64,000 nt of DNA, taken from a virus. Its lineage: Duplodnaviria; Caudoviricetes. The notes under the pieces were generated by a model that was not told where the DNA came from, did no database searches, and saw only the letters and a program-made list of their open reading frames with translations. The position numbers and the translations under genes were made by a program. Within the stretch, counting starts at the first letter, position 1; every line of letters begins with the position of its first letter. Of this stretch, positions 9,523 through 20,643 are shown one piece after another. The stretch lies in IMG/VR virus record IMGVR_UViG_3300042975_000096. One strand, given 5' to 3'.

Positions 9523-11562
9523 CTACCAGTTAATTGGCTCTTTTTGAATCAATACTCGTTTCTCAAAGGCGTTTTGCAAATCTTGAATGTGCGTAATTAC
9601 CATAATTTGTTTAAATATTCCATTCAACAAATTAACGCTTTCTAAGAACTTCTGTTTTGCTCCATCATCTTGACTTCCCAATCCCTCATCAATAATTAAG
9701 AAATCAATTGTTGCACCACTACGTTTTGTAAGAAATTTAGCCAATCCAATATGACAAGCAAAATCGATTCTAAACTTCTCTCCACCAGAATATGTTTCAT
9801 AACTTCTAGAACCATTAGAATCATTGATGAGAATGTCTAATGTATCAATTGATTTTTTTCCTTTTGCAGATTCTTTCTCTGTTTCATATTTAACCGACAT
9901 TGCATTATCAGTTAACAATCCTAAAATCTTATTGGTTTCATTTTCGATTTCAGGAATATCATGACTAATAATATCTTTTGGAATACCTGACTTACCAAAA
10001 GCTGTTGCCAAACTATTATAATCACTATACAATTCTTTTAATGAAGTCAATTGATTCTTCAATCGTTTAATTTCTTTTTGATTCTTTTTAAATGTATTAA
10101 TTTTATCTTTAATCAATGCAATTTTAGTATTATTACTATTAAACAATTGCGTACAATTATCCAATTCGTGCTTATACTCTGCATCTTTCCAATCTTTTGC
10201 TTCAACTTCAACAATCTTCATTTTTAAATTTTCAGCATATTCTTCCTGTAATTTATCTAGATTTTCTTTTTGATTAGAAATCATAAGCTGAATGCGCTTG
10301 ATTTTGTTTTTGTTTTCCTCACAAGCTTTTTGTTCCTCAATCAATTTCTTTTTTTCAATTGTTGCTTCTTTTCCCTGATTTGCATATTTTTTTGCTTTAG
10401 TCTTTATTGATTCGATTTTAATTTGATTTGAATCAATATTTGATTGTAATTCATCCATTTGCGTTTTCATTTCAGTCAAATGCTTTTGTTTATGTTCAGA
10501 AGATATTTCTCCACCACAAAAATCACAAACCGATTTATTATATTTTTCAAATCCAATATATTTTTTATTGATTTTATTAAAATCCGTTTGATAAAAATCT
10601 ATTTGTGTATCCAACTTCGACATAATTTCTTTTGCATCAGATATTTTTTGTTTTGCTTCATCAATAATATTTTGTTGATTTTCAATTTTTGATTCATCAA
10701 AATCACTATCTTCCATGTTTAATTCATTTTCCATGGATTCATATCTATTCAGATTTTGTTTTGCAGAGTCAATATCCGATTCAATACGTACACGATTAGA
10801 TTTAATATATTGATTTTGTTTTGCCAATACATTATATTCATTTTTATTTTTAATCTCTAGATTTAACTTTTCTGTTAAATCATCCATTTTTGGTTTCAAA
10901 TCAAAATCATTTTGGTTTTCTAGTGATTCAATTTCTTTCGTTTCTGCTTCAATATCACATTCTGTTTTTTGAATAAAATCAATCTGATTTTCAATTTCTG
11001 TCATCTTTTGTTTAGTTTCTTTTTTATTCTCTTTTGCTTCTTTTTCATATTGTTCATATTTTTGAATATCTAAAATCTGAACAAATGTTTCTTTTCTTTC
11101 AGCAGGTTTCTTATTCATAAACCTATCTGATTGACCCTGACCCAAACAAACCGTATCGAGGAATGTATTATAATTCATCTTCAAAACAGAATTAATTTTT
11201 TCTTGTGTCTCTGTAACTTTTTCACTTTGATTTATACCATCAATATAGAATTCCAGTTCTTTACTCTCTCCACGAACTTTTTTTGTTATAATTAAATATT
11301 CCACATTATTCATAACAAAACAAAATTCCAATTGGAAATAATCACAATCCGTATTAATGCACTTATCCAATCCACTTCCTTTTGAATCGGTTGCATCATT
11401 TACTCCATACAAAGCTGTTGTAATCATTTGAATCAATGAACTTTTTCCTGCACCATTTTCACCAATTACTACGAATTTATTTCCAAAATCCTCAAAATTT
11501 ATTTCCGCATCAATGTAGCTTCTAAATCCGTGAATTTTTAAATATTTTGGTAACATATTCAT
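9523..11562 (-). CDS. sbcC: SbcC/Rad50 (gp46-like) SMC-family ATPase
   Basis: Walker A GENGAGKS, Q-loop LGQG, zinc hook CDFC, signature YSGGE, Walker B LIIDEG, ITH; extreme C-terminus probably frameshifted. Confidence 0.95.
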   Translation of the reverse strand: MNMLPKYLKIHGFRSYIDAEINFEDFGNKFVVIGENGAGKSSLIQMITTALYGVNDATDSKGSGLDKCINTDCDYFQLEFCFVMNNVEYLIITKKVRGESKELEFYIDGINQSEKVTETQEKINSVLKMNYNTFLDTVCLGQGQSDRFMNKKPAERKETFVQILDIQKYEQYEKEAKENKKETKQKMTEIENQIDFIQKTECDIEAETKEIESLENQNDFDLKPKMDDLTEKLNLEIKNKNEYNVLAKQNQYIKSNRVRIESDIDSAKQNLNRYESMENELNMEDSDFDESKIENQQNIIDEAKQKISDAKEIMSKLDTQIDFYQTDFNKINKKYIGFEKYNKSVCDFCGGEISSEHKQKHLTEMKTQMDELQSNIDSNQIKIESIKTKAKKYANQGKEATIEKKKLIEEQKACEENKNKIKRIQLMISNQKENLDKLQEEYAENLKMKIVEVEAKDWKDAEYKHELDNCTQLFNSNNTKIALIKDKINTFKKNQKEIKRLKNQLTSLKELYSDYNSLATAFGKSGIPKDIISHDIPEIENETNKILGLLTDNAMSVKYETEKESAKGKKSIDTLDILINDSNGSRSYETYSGGEKFRIDFACHIGLAKFLTKRSGATIDFLIIDEGLGSQDDGAKQKFLESVNLLNGIFKQIMVITHIQDLQNAFEKRVLIQKEPINW

Positions 11563-11574
11563 TCCCCCAATGTT

Positions 11575-12387
11575 TTAATAATTCATATATAATGATTCTT
11601 GCACAAATACATTCTTTTTACGCAACCGATTAAAGCTAGACATCCCACTATCAATAAGAATGTGTCGTTTATAAATATCATTTGGCAACTCTACTTCAAA
11701 TGATTCATCTCCACGTTTTCCATCATAAGAAAGCATAAAACGAATATTTCTATCATTCAAATCTCTAAGAAAATCTATAAACTTATTATAATCAATTGTT
11801 CCAAAATACATTCCTTTTGTATGAAAATAAGGAGGGTCTAAATAAACAAAATCTTTATCTGTTGCTGTTTTTACTAAATCTGCATAACTTTTATGATAAA
11901 ACTTTGCATTTTGAATATTGCTTGTCCAATCCTCAATAATATTTCTTAGCTTCTTTGGATTAATACCTGGGCGGTTCAAATGAAAAGAATTATTAAATTC
12001 TCCCTTTTGATTAAATCGAATCAAACCATTCGTGCACGTTCTTGACAAAAATAATAGTTGCTCCGGTTTTTGTTCTTTGTTAAATAAGTCTCTCGTTTCA
12101 TAATAAACGTCCTGACCATTTTTCTGCAACTCTTTCCATAAACGTTCATATTCATTCATAATATGAATTGGATTATCACGAATTTCTTTCCACAAATCAA
12201 TCAACGGTTCGCAAATATCACCACAAATTGATTTTTTGGGATGTAAATTATACAAAATAGCCCCACCGCCAATAAACGGTTCATAATACGTATCGAATTC
12301 TTTTGGTACATATTTCAAAATTTCATCTGCCTGACTACGTTTACTTCCACTCCATTTTATAATTGGTTGCATATTATTTTTCCTCAC
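11575..12387 (-). CDS. Dam-family (D12 class) DNA adenine methyltransferase
   Basis: IKWSGSKR, YYEPFIGGG, catalytic YLDPPY. Confidence 0.9.
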   Translation of the reverse strand: MRKNNMQPIIKWSGSKRSQADEILKYVPKEFDTYYEPFIGGGAILYNLHPKKSICGDICEPLIDLWKEIRDNPIHIMNEYERLWKELQKNGQDVYYETRDLFNKEQKPEQLLFLSRTCTNGLIRFNQKGEFNNSFHLNRPGINPKKLRNIIEDWTSNIQNAKFYHKSYADLVKTATDKDFVYLDPPYFHTKGMYFGTIDYNKFIDFLRDLNDRNIRFMLSYDGKRGDESFEVELPNDIYKRHILIDSGMSSFNRLRKKNVFVQESLYMNY

Positions 12388-12791
12388 TCAATTCTATTTG
12401 CTTTATAACTATGAATCATATAATATTGTAAATTGCTAAAAAATCCTAATTCAAAAATTTGTTTTTTCAAATCAACCTCTTCTTTTTCGGATAATTTTAT
12501 TTCTATTTTCTTTCCATCTAAATGTTGCATATACATGCCATTTTCGTCAAATTTCAATTTTACCGCTAAAAAATTGTGATAAAAATCTAATTTTTTACCA
12601 ATAACAAATTCATTTGCACGTTCATCATCGCCAACACGCATATATTCCAATCCGTGACTATAAATAAAAGAATACATATCTCCCTTATAATGAAATCTTT
12701 TCATTGCGGTTGATACTTCTCCGATACTGACAAAAATACCATAAAAAATAAATTCGTTACATTCTACTGGCTTGAAAAACATAATTATCAC
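12384..12791 (-). CDS. Hypothetical protein
   Basis: 135-aa ORF overlapping both neighbours by 4 nt. Confidence 0.55.
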   Translation of the reverse strand: MIIMFFKPVECNEFIFYGIFVSIGEVSTAMKRFHYKGDMYSFIYSHGLEYMRVGDDERANEFVIGKKLDFYHNFLAVKLKFDENGMYMQHLDGKKIEIKLSEKEEVDLKKQIFELGFFSNLQYYMIHSYKANRIE

Positions 12792-13921
12792 GCACCTTCT
12801 TCAACTTTTTCAACAATTTCTTTTCCCAATTTGATACGTTCACTTTCACGTTTCTGCCCTTTATAAAAATGTTCTAACGCTTCTGTCACAGTTAGGGTAT
12901 TATCAATTGTATCATTTGTTGCTACAACCTTTTTGGGAATGATTTTTTGTAATTTCAATACATATTGAACACCATTATCATATGCAAATTGAATAATACT
13001 TTTTTCATCAAAAATCATATTATCATCTAATTCAATTTGAATTCGTAAAAAAGCATCATTAATATCCATTTTTGAAATTTCTTTTTTTATTTTATCCTCA
13101 ATTATTTTTGTGTTTGTTTCATCTTTTCCATCAACTCGAATTGTAACAAATTTTTGTGCATGTTCTAACTCAACGAACTTATGTTTTACCATTGACCCAT
13201 TTACATCCAATAATACAAAACCTTTTGGTTGTTTTCCTTCTGAAAAATCAATTCGATTTGCAGAACCACAATAATATACAAATGGCTCTTTATTAATAAT
13301 CTGATACTTATGAAAATGACCTAAAATAACCGCTAATATATTTTTCTTATTAAACACTTCTGGCTCAATACAAGCTTCATTATCCATAATTGTCCAGTCA
13401 TTTAATTGCGCATTTTTTATTGCCAAATGACCAATAACGATTGTTTTCTTTGAAGTGTCTAACGTATCCATAATGTTTTCTATTTCTTCTTTGGTATGAT
13501 GCGTTGGAAGAAATACGAATTGATATTCTTCATTATCAACAGTATAATTATCAATCATAAAGAATCTAGTTTGAATAATATTCGGCACATTCAATGCGGT
13601 AAATTGTGATAATCCTGAATTGAATGTTTCCATTTTTGACACATCATGATTACCATCTAGTACATATGTACGAATATTATTTTTAGATAATCTAGCAAAA
13701 GCTTCATTAACTTTATCTACAATTGTTGTAGAAGGTGAAGAATTTTTGTACATATCACCAGGAAACACTACAACATCAACACTGTTAGAAACTGCATAGT
13801 CAACAATTTCATTCAAAATGTTAATAGAATCAACCTCTCTAGAGTTTAATCCTGATTCCTTATCAATATGACCATAGGATTTATTGCCAATATGCAAATC
13901 TGCAAATGATAAAATTTTCAT
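12788..13921 (-). CDS. sbcD: SbcD/Mre11 (gp47-like) nuclease
   Basis: ADLHIG, GD, GNHD, GH, LGHFH, YCGS metallophosphoesterase motifs. Confidence 0.95.
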   Translation of the reverse strand: MKILSFADLHIGNKSYGHIDKESGLNSREVDSINILNEIVDYAVSNSVDVVVFPGDMYKNSSPSTTIVDKVNEAFARLSKNNIRTYVLDGNHDVSKMETFNSGLSQFTALNVPNIIQTRFFMIDNYTVDNEEYQFVFLPTHHTKEEIENIMDTLDTSKKTIVIGHLAIKNAQLNDWTIMDNEACIEPEVFNKKNILAVILGHFHKYQIINKEPFVYYCGSANRIDFSEGKQPKGFVLLDVNGSMVKHKFVELEHAQKFVTIRVDGKDETNTKIIEDKIKKEISKMDINDAFLRIQIELDDNMIFDEKSIIQFAYDNGVQYVLKLQKIIPKKVVATNDTIDNTLTVTEALEHFYKGQKRESERIKLGKEIVEKVEEGA

Positions 13922-13962
13922 TACATTCTCTCCTTTTTATATATATATACTTTCATTATATC

Positions 13963-13998
13963 AAAAAAGAAGGAATCTGTAAATAGATTCCTTCTTTT
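13963..13998 (-). terminator. Terminator after ruvC
   Basis: AAAAAGAAGGAATCT...AGATTCCTTCTTTTT. Confidence 0.75.
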
Positions 13999-14561
13999 TA
14001 TTTTGCTTTTTTTCGCGTTTTCTTCTTCTTTTCGACTTCTTGCCCGTCCATTATAACGTATGTCATACAACAACTGATTGAATCTGACATATCATCATTT
14101 AATGGTTTTATAAAATTTTCTTTACCGAAAAAATCAACTACTTTAGCCTGAACTTCCATCTTCATTTGCTTCCCGTCTTTTTTTGTACCATCAGCATTTT
14201 TAGTTTTTATACCACCTAACACTTTTGATTTTAATGTCATAACAGAATAATAATTAAATGGTATTTTAAATTTTTCCAACGTCATCATCATAACACCGTG
14301 GAAATTTGCTAATTTTTGAATCGTGTTTCGATTACTACCTACAAACGGTGCTTCTGCTGATACAACATCAGGACGAAATTTTTCAATAATATTGATTAAT
14401 TCTTTCTCAAAATTGACCAATGCTTCTGGAACGCTCATTTTACATCGCTCGATACATCCGTAATCTATTAATTCCATTTTATCATTTTTATATTCAACAA
14501 TGCTCCATCCAGTTGATTTTGTTGATACGTCTAATCCTAATATTTTGCAATCTTGTAGCAT
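13998..14561 (-). CDS. ruvC: RuvC-like Holliday junction resolvase
   Basis: ILGLDVSTKSTGWS, PDVVSAEAPF, DDMSDSI. Confidence 0.85.
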   Translation of the reverse strand: MLQDCKILGLDVSTKSTGWSIVEYKNDKMELIDYGCIERCKMSVPEALVNFEKELINIIEKFRPDVVSAEAPFVGSNRNTIQKLANFHGVMMMTLEKFKIPFNYYSVMTLKSKVLGGIKTKNADGTKKDGKQMKMEVQAKVVDFFGKENFIKPLNDDMSDSISCCMTYVIMDGQEVEKKKKTRKKAK

Positions 14562-14584
14562 TTTATCACCCAATATTATTATAT

Positions 14585-14614
14585 AAAAAAAGGAGAAATT
14601 AATCTCCTTTTTTT
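14585..14614 (-). terminator. Terminator at the end of the fibre gene block
   Basis: AAAAAAAGGAGA...TCTCCTTTTTTT. Confidence 0.7.
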
Positions 14615-14615
14615 A

Positions 14616-15293
14616 TTAAATAACGCACTCATAAAAGACTCTAATTACATCTGTTGATTCTTTCAAATCGTCAAAACTAAAATCGTCATTGCTAGTGTCA
14701 AAATAAATAATTTTATTATCTCTATCAACAATAAAATCGTCATTTTCATAATATGACACGCCATTAATTTCCATTTGAACCGCTTTTGAATTCGGTTTAT
14801 ACTTCAATTCAATATGATGCTTTTTTGTAGCATCTGTTTCTGCCGTATCAGTAACAATATCAGCCACTTTTATTATATCAATATATGATTTTGGTTGATG
14901 CAACAAGTTATATGTTCTTGCACTTTCTGTTAATTCTGTTGTTATACCGATGGCAATGCCATTCGGTATATCATCAATATAATCTGTTGTTGAACAAGCA
15001 AATGCAGGTATAGTAGGAATATTATTATCGTCCGTTGTTGGATTTAATCGTTTTAATACTACTCCTTTTAATTTAGAAGCAGTATATTTAGCAATAGATA
15101 CTATTTCAAACACACCTAATGAATTTTGTTGATTTGTTTTTAAATTTAAACAAAACGCATATATTTTACATCCAACAATAATATCACCTTTGGTATATTT
15201 ACCTCGAATATCATTAACGCCCAATAATCCAACATTAACCGTTCCATCAGCATTGCTAACAACTGTATTTAAAGAGGCAATATTAATATTCAT
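14616..15293 (-). CDS. Putative virion structural protein
   Basis: C-terminal domain (LKYKPNSKAVQMEINGVSYYENDDFIVDR) resembles the C-terminus of the 38329 protein. Confidence 0.55.
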   Translation of the reverse strand: MNINIASLNTVVSNADGTVNVGLLGVNDIRGKYTKGDIIVGCKIYAFCLNLKTNQQNSLGVFEIVSIAKYTASKLKGVVLKRLNPTTDDNNIPTIPAFACSTTDYIDDIPNGIAIGITTELTESARTYNLLHQPKSYIDIIKVADIVTDTAETDATKKHHIELKYKPNSKAVQMEINGVSYYENDDFIVDRDNKIIYFDTSNDDFSFDDLKESTDVIRVFYECVI

Positions 15294-15307
15294 AATAATT
15301 CCTCCAA

Positions 15308-17545
15308 TTAGAATCTTATTGTCATAACATAAGTTTCCCTATTTGGCGTTAATGCACCCACCTGAAGAACGTTGTTACCCGTTATAGCAGTATTTCCTGC
15401 TCCATGGGTCAATGAATGGTCTCCTAAAGTATATGCTGTTACTGTTGGCATTGGAGATAATGCAACGTCTCCATCACCTTCAGCAGACTCAGTATACCAT
15501 GTCTTTGTGCTTGTAAATGCATGGTCTTTATCATATACAACTGTTATTATTGAAGATGTAACATAACTCATCGCAACCTTAAATGTTGCAGTTGTATATT
15601 CAACTCCAGCAGGAACAGTAATTACAACATTATTCGTAGTATAACTTACAGTTATACCATCACCATTACCATACCATATGATATTTCCATCTGCACTAGC
15701 ATACCATTTGTAAGCCCCACCACCAGTACTTTCAGAAGTACCTGCAATAACACGACCATATTTATCTGTTGTCACTTTTGTGTATGTACCTGCCACACCA
15801 ACAGAAGGTAAGAGATTATCATCTAATGTACCACTTGTATTTTTATAAACCAATGTAGTCGGAACGTTTCCAATGGAAGCCCAATCGGTTGTAATAATAG
15901 AAGGGTCATATTTACCAATCATATATGCAGTTTGTGTTCCGAACACCAACGTGGAATCTGCCGCTGCTTCTTCTGCTGTTACAGTAACAATATAGTAAAT
16001 TCTATAATTGTTCATAATTGTTTTTGTGTTATCGTTTTTCATTGAATCTGGAACCACAAAATACAATCTACTAGTCAAAGCATTTGCTGCTAATTTTTGT
16101 GCAAAATCACTCGTTGAAGTTAATGCAATTACCTGTCCATTAGGCAATGCCACTGATAAATATTTCGGGTCTATTTTTGCATCACCATTCAAAGGAACAT
16201 ATCCGCTTGCAGCGCCACGGTTTGCAACATTTTCAGGAACATATGAAAGTTTATCTTGTTTATTTGAATATGTTGTAATTTGGTCATCTGTAATAAATCT
16301 ATGATTTGCATCTGTAACCACATTAGCAGCTTTAATTGTTTGCATTAAAGAATCAACCTGAATTTGGGTATACACATCAGCAGAGTTGGCTTTTTTATCA
16401 ATCTCAGCCTGTAAAGCAGAAGTATCTGTTGCCGTACCAACTTTAGAATCAACATATGATTTAACATATGAAACCATATGACTTTCAGGAATCAACTGTG
16501 TATCATCAAAACTACCGCTTGTATCTGTTTGATACATTTTTGGAGCAGTAATATTTGAAGAAGCAGAAACAACACCATTTAATTTAATTGTTTTTGCAGT
16601 TAAATCAATCTCACCTTTATCGCCCACCGCAGTAGCAACAACTTTTGCACTAGTCGTTCCGTTTGAATTTAATTCAATATCTGTTGTTAATCCATTTGCA
16701 TTAACAATATAATCTGATTCTTCAGTGCCGTTTACTAATACCGTCGTAGAAGCTTTTTTTGTTGCAGTCATATTTACGTCATTAGTTACATTAACACCTG
16801 ACAAAGATTTTGTTTCTACAACATCATTAGAGCTAGAAGCTTTTACATCACTTGCCGTAATCTTGTTAGCTGAAGAAACATTTGACTTATATACAGGAGC
16901 ATCAGCTTTTACTGCAATATCAATACCATTTTCATCCAAAATATATTGATTACTTCCTGGAGTAATCGTTGTTTTTTTCAAAACAGTATTTCCGTCAACA
17001 GCAAAATTCCCTGTTATTTCACCACCGGCAATTGGTAGTTTATCAGAAGAACTTCCAATATTTGCAACAGCTTTTTTAATTTCACTTGATACATATGCCA
17101 AAAACTTTTCATCTCTAACATATAGGTCAATATTTCTAGCACCATCAACTATAGAACTAGAAAAACCATCCGATGTCGTTGGAAGTGATGTAAAACCATT
17201 TTCAGAAGTCAATCGTCCAACCATTCCAACTTGATGTTCCTCATCAACGTATGGCGCAAAAACAGCCGTTCCACTTGTATGTGTCTCCCCATAATTAACA
17301 ATCAAGTCTAATTGTTTTTTATCACTAGTAAATGCACATGTTGAAATAACATATCTACAAAGTTGCGATGTTGCATCATCAACGCAATAACCATTTAAAA
17401 AAATTATATCTCCCACTTTAACATCTGTTAAGTGAAAATCATTAACGCTAGTAAATTTTGCTTGTATACTCCATGAAGTAGCAGGGGAATCAACCCCTGC
17501 ATCTTTCACGGAAGTAAGTACAAGCTGTCCATTAAACAACTTCAT
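15308..17545 (-). CDS. Tail-fibre-like virion protein
   Basis: KLPIAGGEITG, HRFITD, PENVANRGAASGYVPLNGDAKI, GTYTKVTTDKYGRV fibre motifs. Confidence 0.75.
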   Translation of the reverse strand: MKLFNGQLVLTSVKDAGVDSPATSWSIQAKFTSVNDFHLTDVKVGDIIFLNGYCVDDATSQLCRYVISTCAFTSDKKQLDLIVNYGETHTSGTAVFAPYVDEEHQVGMVGRLTSENGFTSLPTTSDGFSSSIVDGARNIDLYVRDEKFLAYVSSEIKKAVANIGSSSDKLPIAGGEITGNFAVDGNTVLKKTTITPGSNQYILDENGIDIAVKADAPVYKSNVSSANKITASDVKASSSNDVVETKSLSGVNVTNDVNMTATKKASTTVLVNGTEESDYIVNANGLTTDIELNSNGTTSAKVVATAVGDKGEIDLTAKTIKLNGVVSASSNITAPKMYQTDTSGSFDDTQLIPESHMVSYVKSYVDSKVGTATDTSALQAEIDKKANSADVYTQIQVDSLMQTIKAANVVTDANHRFITDDQITTYSNKQDKLSYVPENVANRGAASGYVPLNGDAKIDPKYLSVALPNGQVIALTSTSDFAQKLAANALTSRLYFVVPDSMKNDNTKTIMNNYRIYYIVTVTAEEAAADSTLVFGTQTAYMIGKYDPSIITTDWASIGNVPTTLVYKNTSGTLDDNLLPSVGVAGTYTKVTTDKYGRVIAGTSESTGGGAYKWYASADGNIIWYGNGDGITVSYTTNNVVITVPAGVEYTTATFKVAMSYVTSSIITVVYDKDHAFTSTKTWYTESAEGDGDVALSPMPTVTAYTLGDHSLTHGAGNTAITGNNVLQVGALTPNRETYVMTIRF

Positions 17546-17562
17546 CTTATAAATCCCTCCTA

Positions 17563-20493
17563 TTAATATACCATTTTAACTCTCATACCATATCCCGTCT
17601 GAATTGCTCTGATTTCATAGGTCATTGGATTATCAATGTCATATTTAACACTTGTGGTTTTGAAGTTATAATTACCATCAATTGCATAATAGCCAACAAT
17701 AGGCATATGTCCTTTGAATGTATCCCACGTATATGTTGAACCGTCTGAATTAATCATATCAACGTGTAACAAAATTGCTTGTCCAATATCAGTTGCACTC
17801 AAATCAAATTGAATTGAATAGATTTGTGCCGTTGGGTCAATAGTCAATCTAACTTTGTTGCCATTCACTTCATATTTAACAGCATTTGCTTTATTTGCAC
17901 GAACAATACAGTTTTCTCCACCAGTTGCATCAGCATGATACTCTAAGATACCTGAACCACCAGAAGAACTAGTCATATCAACGTATTCTAATTTTCCGTT
18001 TCCGTTATATGCCAACACACGACCTTGTTTCTGATTTGTATTATCAATATCAATCAAATTCTGAGGTAATGCGCTATAAACCAATTTCGTTCCATTATAA
18101 GTTAATACTTTTCCTGTGCCAATTGAAGATTCATCAATCGTTACAGTACCAACTTTATCAGAACTTGCACTTGTAGCAGGTGCTTTATAAGTGAGTTTCT
18201 TGGAAGCAGAATCATACGTCAAAACATAACCATCTTTAATAGCTGTTGGCTCATCTACTTCAATTGAACCCAATTTATAATAATTTACTGGTTCTGTAGT
18301 ACCGCTAGAGCTAATGGTTTTATATTTTAATTGATTGTATGTCGCATCAAAATAAAGAACCATTCCATCTGCCATACCAGTTTCATTAACATTATAAGAA
18401 CCAACCTGTACGGCAGGATGCAATCTAGAATCAGTGTTATCTAATTTTGTTGCTAATTGTGTGGTTAATGTAGCTGGAGTTACATATTTATCATCATGAT
18501 TATGGTTAGTATCAGATTTATTAACCAACAAGTTATCTACTTCAGTCTTAGTATAAACGCTTCCCGTTGTGCCTGTTTTAGCATAATCAGTCAATTTAGT
18601 TAAATCAGGATTAAACGTAGTCGGTTTATTGGTTACATTAGCCCAATCCAAAACAACATCCAAACCTTCTTGTTCTGCCGTTTTTACCCATGATTTAGTA
18701 GCTGCTTCATACATATACTGCGCCCAACCACTCTTAACCGTAGTATCTGCTGTTGCATCTTTTACAAACACAACCTGTGCATCAGTTGCAGTTAAAGCCG
18801 TCATATCTGCATAAGTATTAACAATCTTGACACCTTGTGCGCCAACACTTCCCATAACAGGTAATTGACTGAGCGGAACTTTACCAGTTGAATCCAATGA
18901 AGCATATCCATTCGCAACTGCCTTGTTTGCAACATTTTCTGCCGTATATCCTAAAGCATTTGCCTTATTATTCCATGCAGTAATTTCATCATCCGTTACA
19001 AAACGATGAGTGGAATCCTGAGAAATATCACCAGCCGTATGTCCGTGATTTATATCAGCTTTATCCGTTAACAACAGATTAACGTCTGCTTTTGTATAAT
19101 ATTTCGTTGTATCTAATGCACTTCCGCTATTAATTGTAGCGATTTTAGTATCCATTTCTGTTTTACTATATACATTAGAAATATCTGCTTTCGTATCAAT
19201 CTTAGTAGATAAATTATCCGTAATAGTTTTTTCGTTTACAAATTTTGCATCAATTGCATCTTTCGTATATTCAGAATCAGCAAGTTTCTGAAGCAATGCA
19301 TCAACCTCTTTGGCAGTATAATAACCCGTCAAATCAGCACTTCCGCTACCGCCACCGCCACAATTACATTTATGGTCTGCAAACAGTTTATCAATTTCGG
19401 TCTTAGAGTAAATCTGTGACAATTTTTCTTCAATTTCAACTCTAGTATAAACCGCACTTGCATTGGCTTTCAAATTCAAAATTCTATTAAGCTGGTCTTT
19501 TGTATACCCACCTGACAAATCAAAATCTGCACGTGTAACGAAAATATTTTCAGCATCAGATTTAGAATACACATCATCTGCATTTGCTTTTGAAACAATT
19601 TTCTTATCTACGTCTTCACTAGTAACAAACTTTGCTAAATCAGCTTTATCTGCTTTTTGGTCAATTTTTGCCAATCTTGGGTCATTCGTTCCTACTGCGA
19701 TTGGTTCACTTGCATTTACAGGGTCTACAGATAATTTCGTTAAACCTGCCGTATAAGCCGTTGCCATATCGAATGTATCCGTATCCATTCCAAACGGATG
19801 CCACGTAGAACCATCATTTGTATATTCCCACTTATCGCCGTCTTCATTATAACGTAAGCCAACTTCTGGTAAAGAACCACGATTAACACGAATACCACAA
19901 TATTCAACAGGAACGCCTGAATCATCTTTATTTAACGTAAAGTTTGCTGCATTTGTTCCATCAGAATCAGCTTTTTCTGCTAAAAGGTTTTGTGCTTCTG
20001 AAACGTCTAATTTTTCAGTTAATTTATCATTCAATCCAGTGATTGATTGCATTGGATGACAATCAACAGCATCTCTTCCTTGAAGCTGATTGTGCTTTAA
20101 CGGATAACCACCAGCAGCAAATACTGGTCTTGCATCAAAAATCATATCATTTGTAATTAACTTCGTTGAAGATTTTACAAATACAAATGCAATAGGCAAT
20201 ACGTTTTTGTCAACTTCAGGTGGTTCAGGATTATTAGGCATAACAATACCATTAAATAAAACTGGAGTACCTAATTTATTAATAGCAATCAATACCCATT
20301 TTGCCCCACTTACAGGAGCTTCAATTTTTGGAGAAGCACCCCCAGCATATTCGACAAATGTTGTATTGTTAACCCAAAATGAACCTTGATTAATTTTTAC
20401 AGTCATATTTGGAGTATCTTGCGCTGACGGCTGGAACATTACATGTGCGTACTGTCCACGTCTAAACGCATCTCCCCTTGGTGGTCTATTCAC
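17563..20493 (-). CDS. Long tail-fibre-like protein with YTKxE(V/I)D repeats
   Basis: About 9 YxKxE/D(V/I)D repeats, HRFVTD, GYASLDSTGKVPLSQLP, repeated GxVLxY units; GTG start with RBS GAGGTGA. Confidence 0.8.
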   Translation of the reverse strand: MNRPPRGDAFRRGQYAHVMFQPSAQDTPNMTVKINQGSFWVNNTTFVEYAGGASPKIEAPVSGAKWVLIAINKLGTPVLFNGIVMPNNPEPPEVDKNVLPIAFVFVKSSTKLITNDMIFDARPVFAAGGYPLKHNQLQGRDAVDCHPMQSITGLNDKLTEKLDVSEAQNLLAEKADSDGTNAANFTLNKDDSGVPVEYCGIRVNRGSLPEVGLRYNEDGDKWEYTNDGSTWHPFGMDTDTFDMATAYTAGLTKLSVDPVNASEPIAVGTNDPRLAKIDQKADKADLAKFVTSEDVDKKIVSKANADDVYSKSDAENIFVTRADFDLSGGYTKDQLNRILNLKANASAVYTRVEIEEKLSQIYSKTEIDKLFADHKCNCGGGGSGSADLTGYYTAKEVDALLQKLADSEYTKDAIDAKFVNEKTITDNLSTKIDTKADISNVYSKTEMDTKIATINSGSALDTTKYYTKADVNLLLTDKADINHGHTAGDISQDSTHRFVTDDEITAWNNKANALGYTAENVANKAVANGYASLDSTGKVPLSQLPVMGSVGAQGVKIVNTYADMTALTATDAQVVFVKDATADTTVKSGWAQYMYEAATKSWVKTAEQEGLDVVLDWANVTNKPTTFNPDLTKLTDYAKTGTTGSVYTKTEVDNLLVNKSDTNHNHDDKYVTPATLTTQLATKLDNTDSRLHPAVQVGSYNVNETGMADGMVLYFDATYNQLKYKTISSSGTTEPVNYYKLGSIEVDEPTAIKDGYVLTYDSASKKLTYKAPATSASSDKVGTVTIDESSIGTGKVLTYNGTKLVYSALPQNLIDIDNTNQKQGRVLAYNGNGKLEYVDMTSSSGGSGILEYHADATGGENCIVRANKANAVKYEVNGNKVRLTIDPTAQIYSIQFDLSATDIGQAILLHVDMINSDGSTYTWDTFKGHMPIVGYYAIDGNYNFKTTSVKYDIDNPMTYEIRAIQTGYGMRVKMVY

Positions 20494-20643
20494 ATTTATC
20501 ACCTCAATCTTTATTAGTGTGAAAAACAAAAATATTATTATTTTTATCTATTTATGAAATAATTTAACTCAACCTTTATATATTCATTATGCTATCTAAC
20601 AATTTTATAATGAATGTATTTTTAAATATAAAAAAAACAGCAC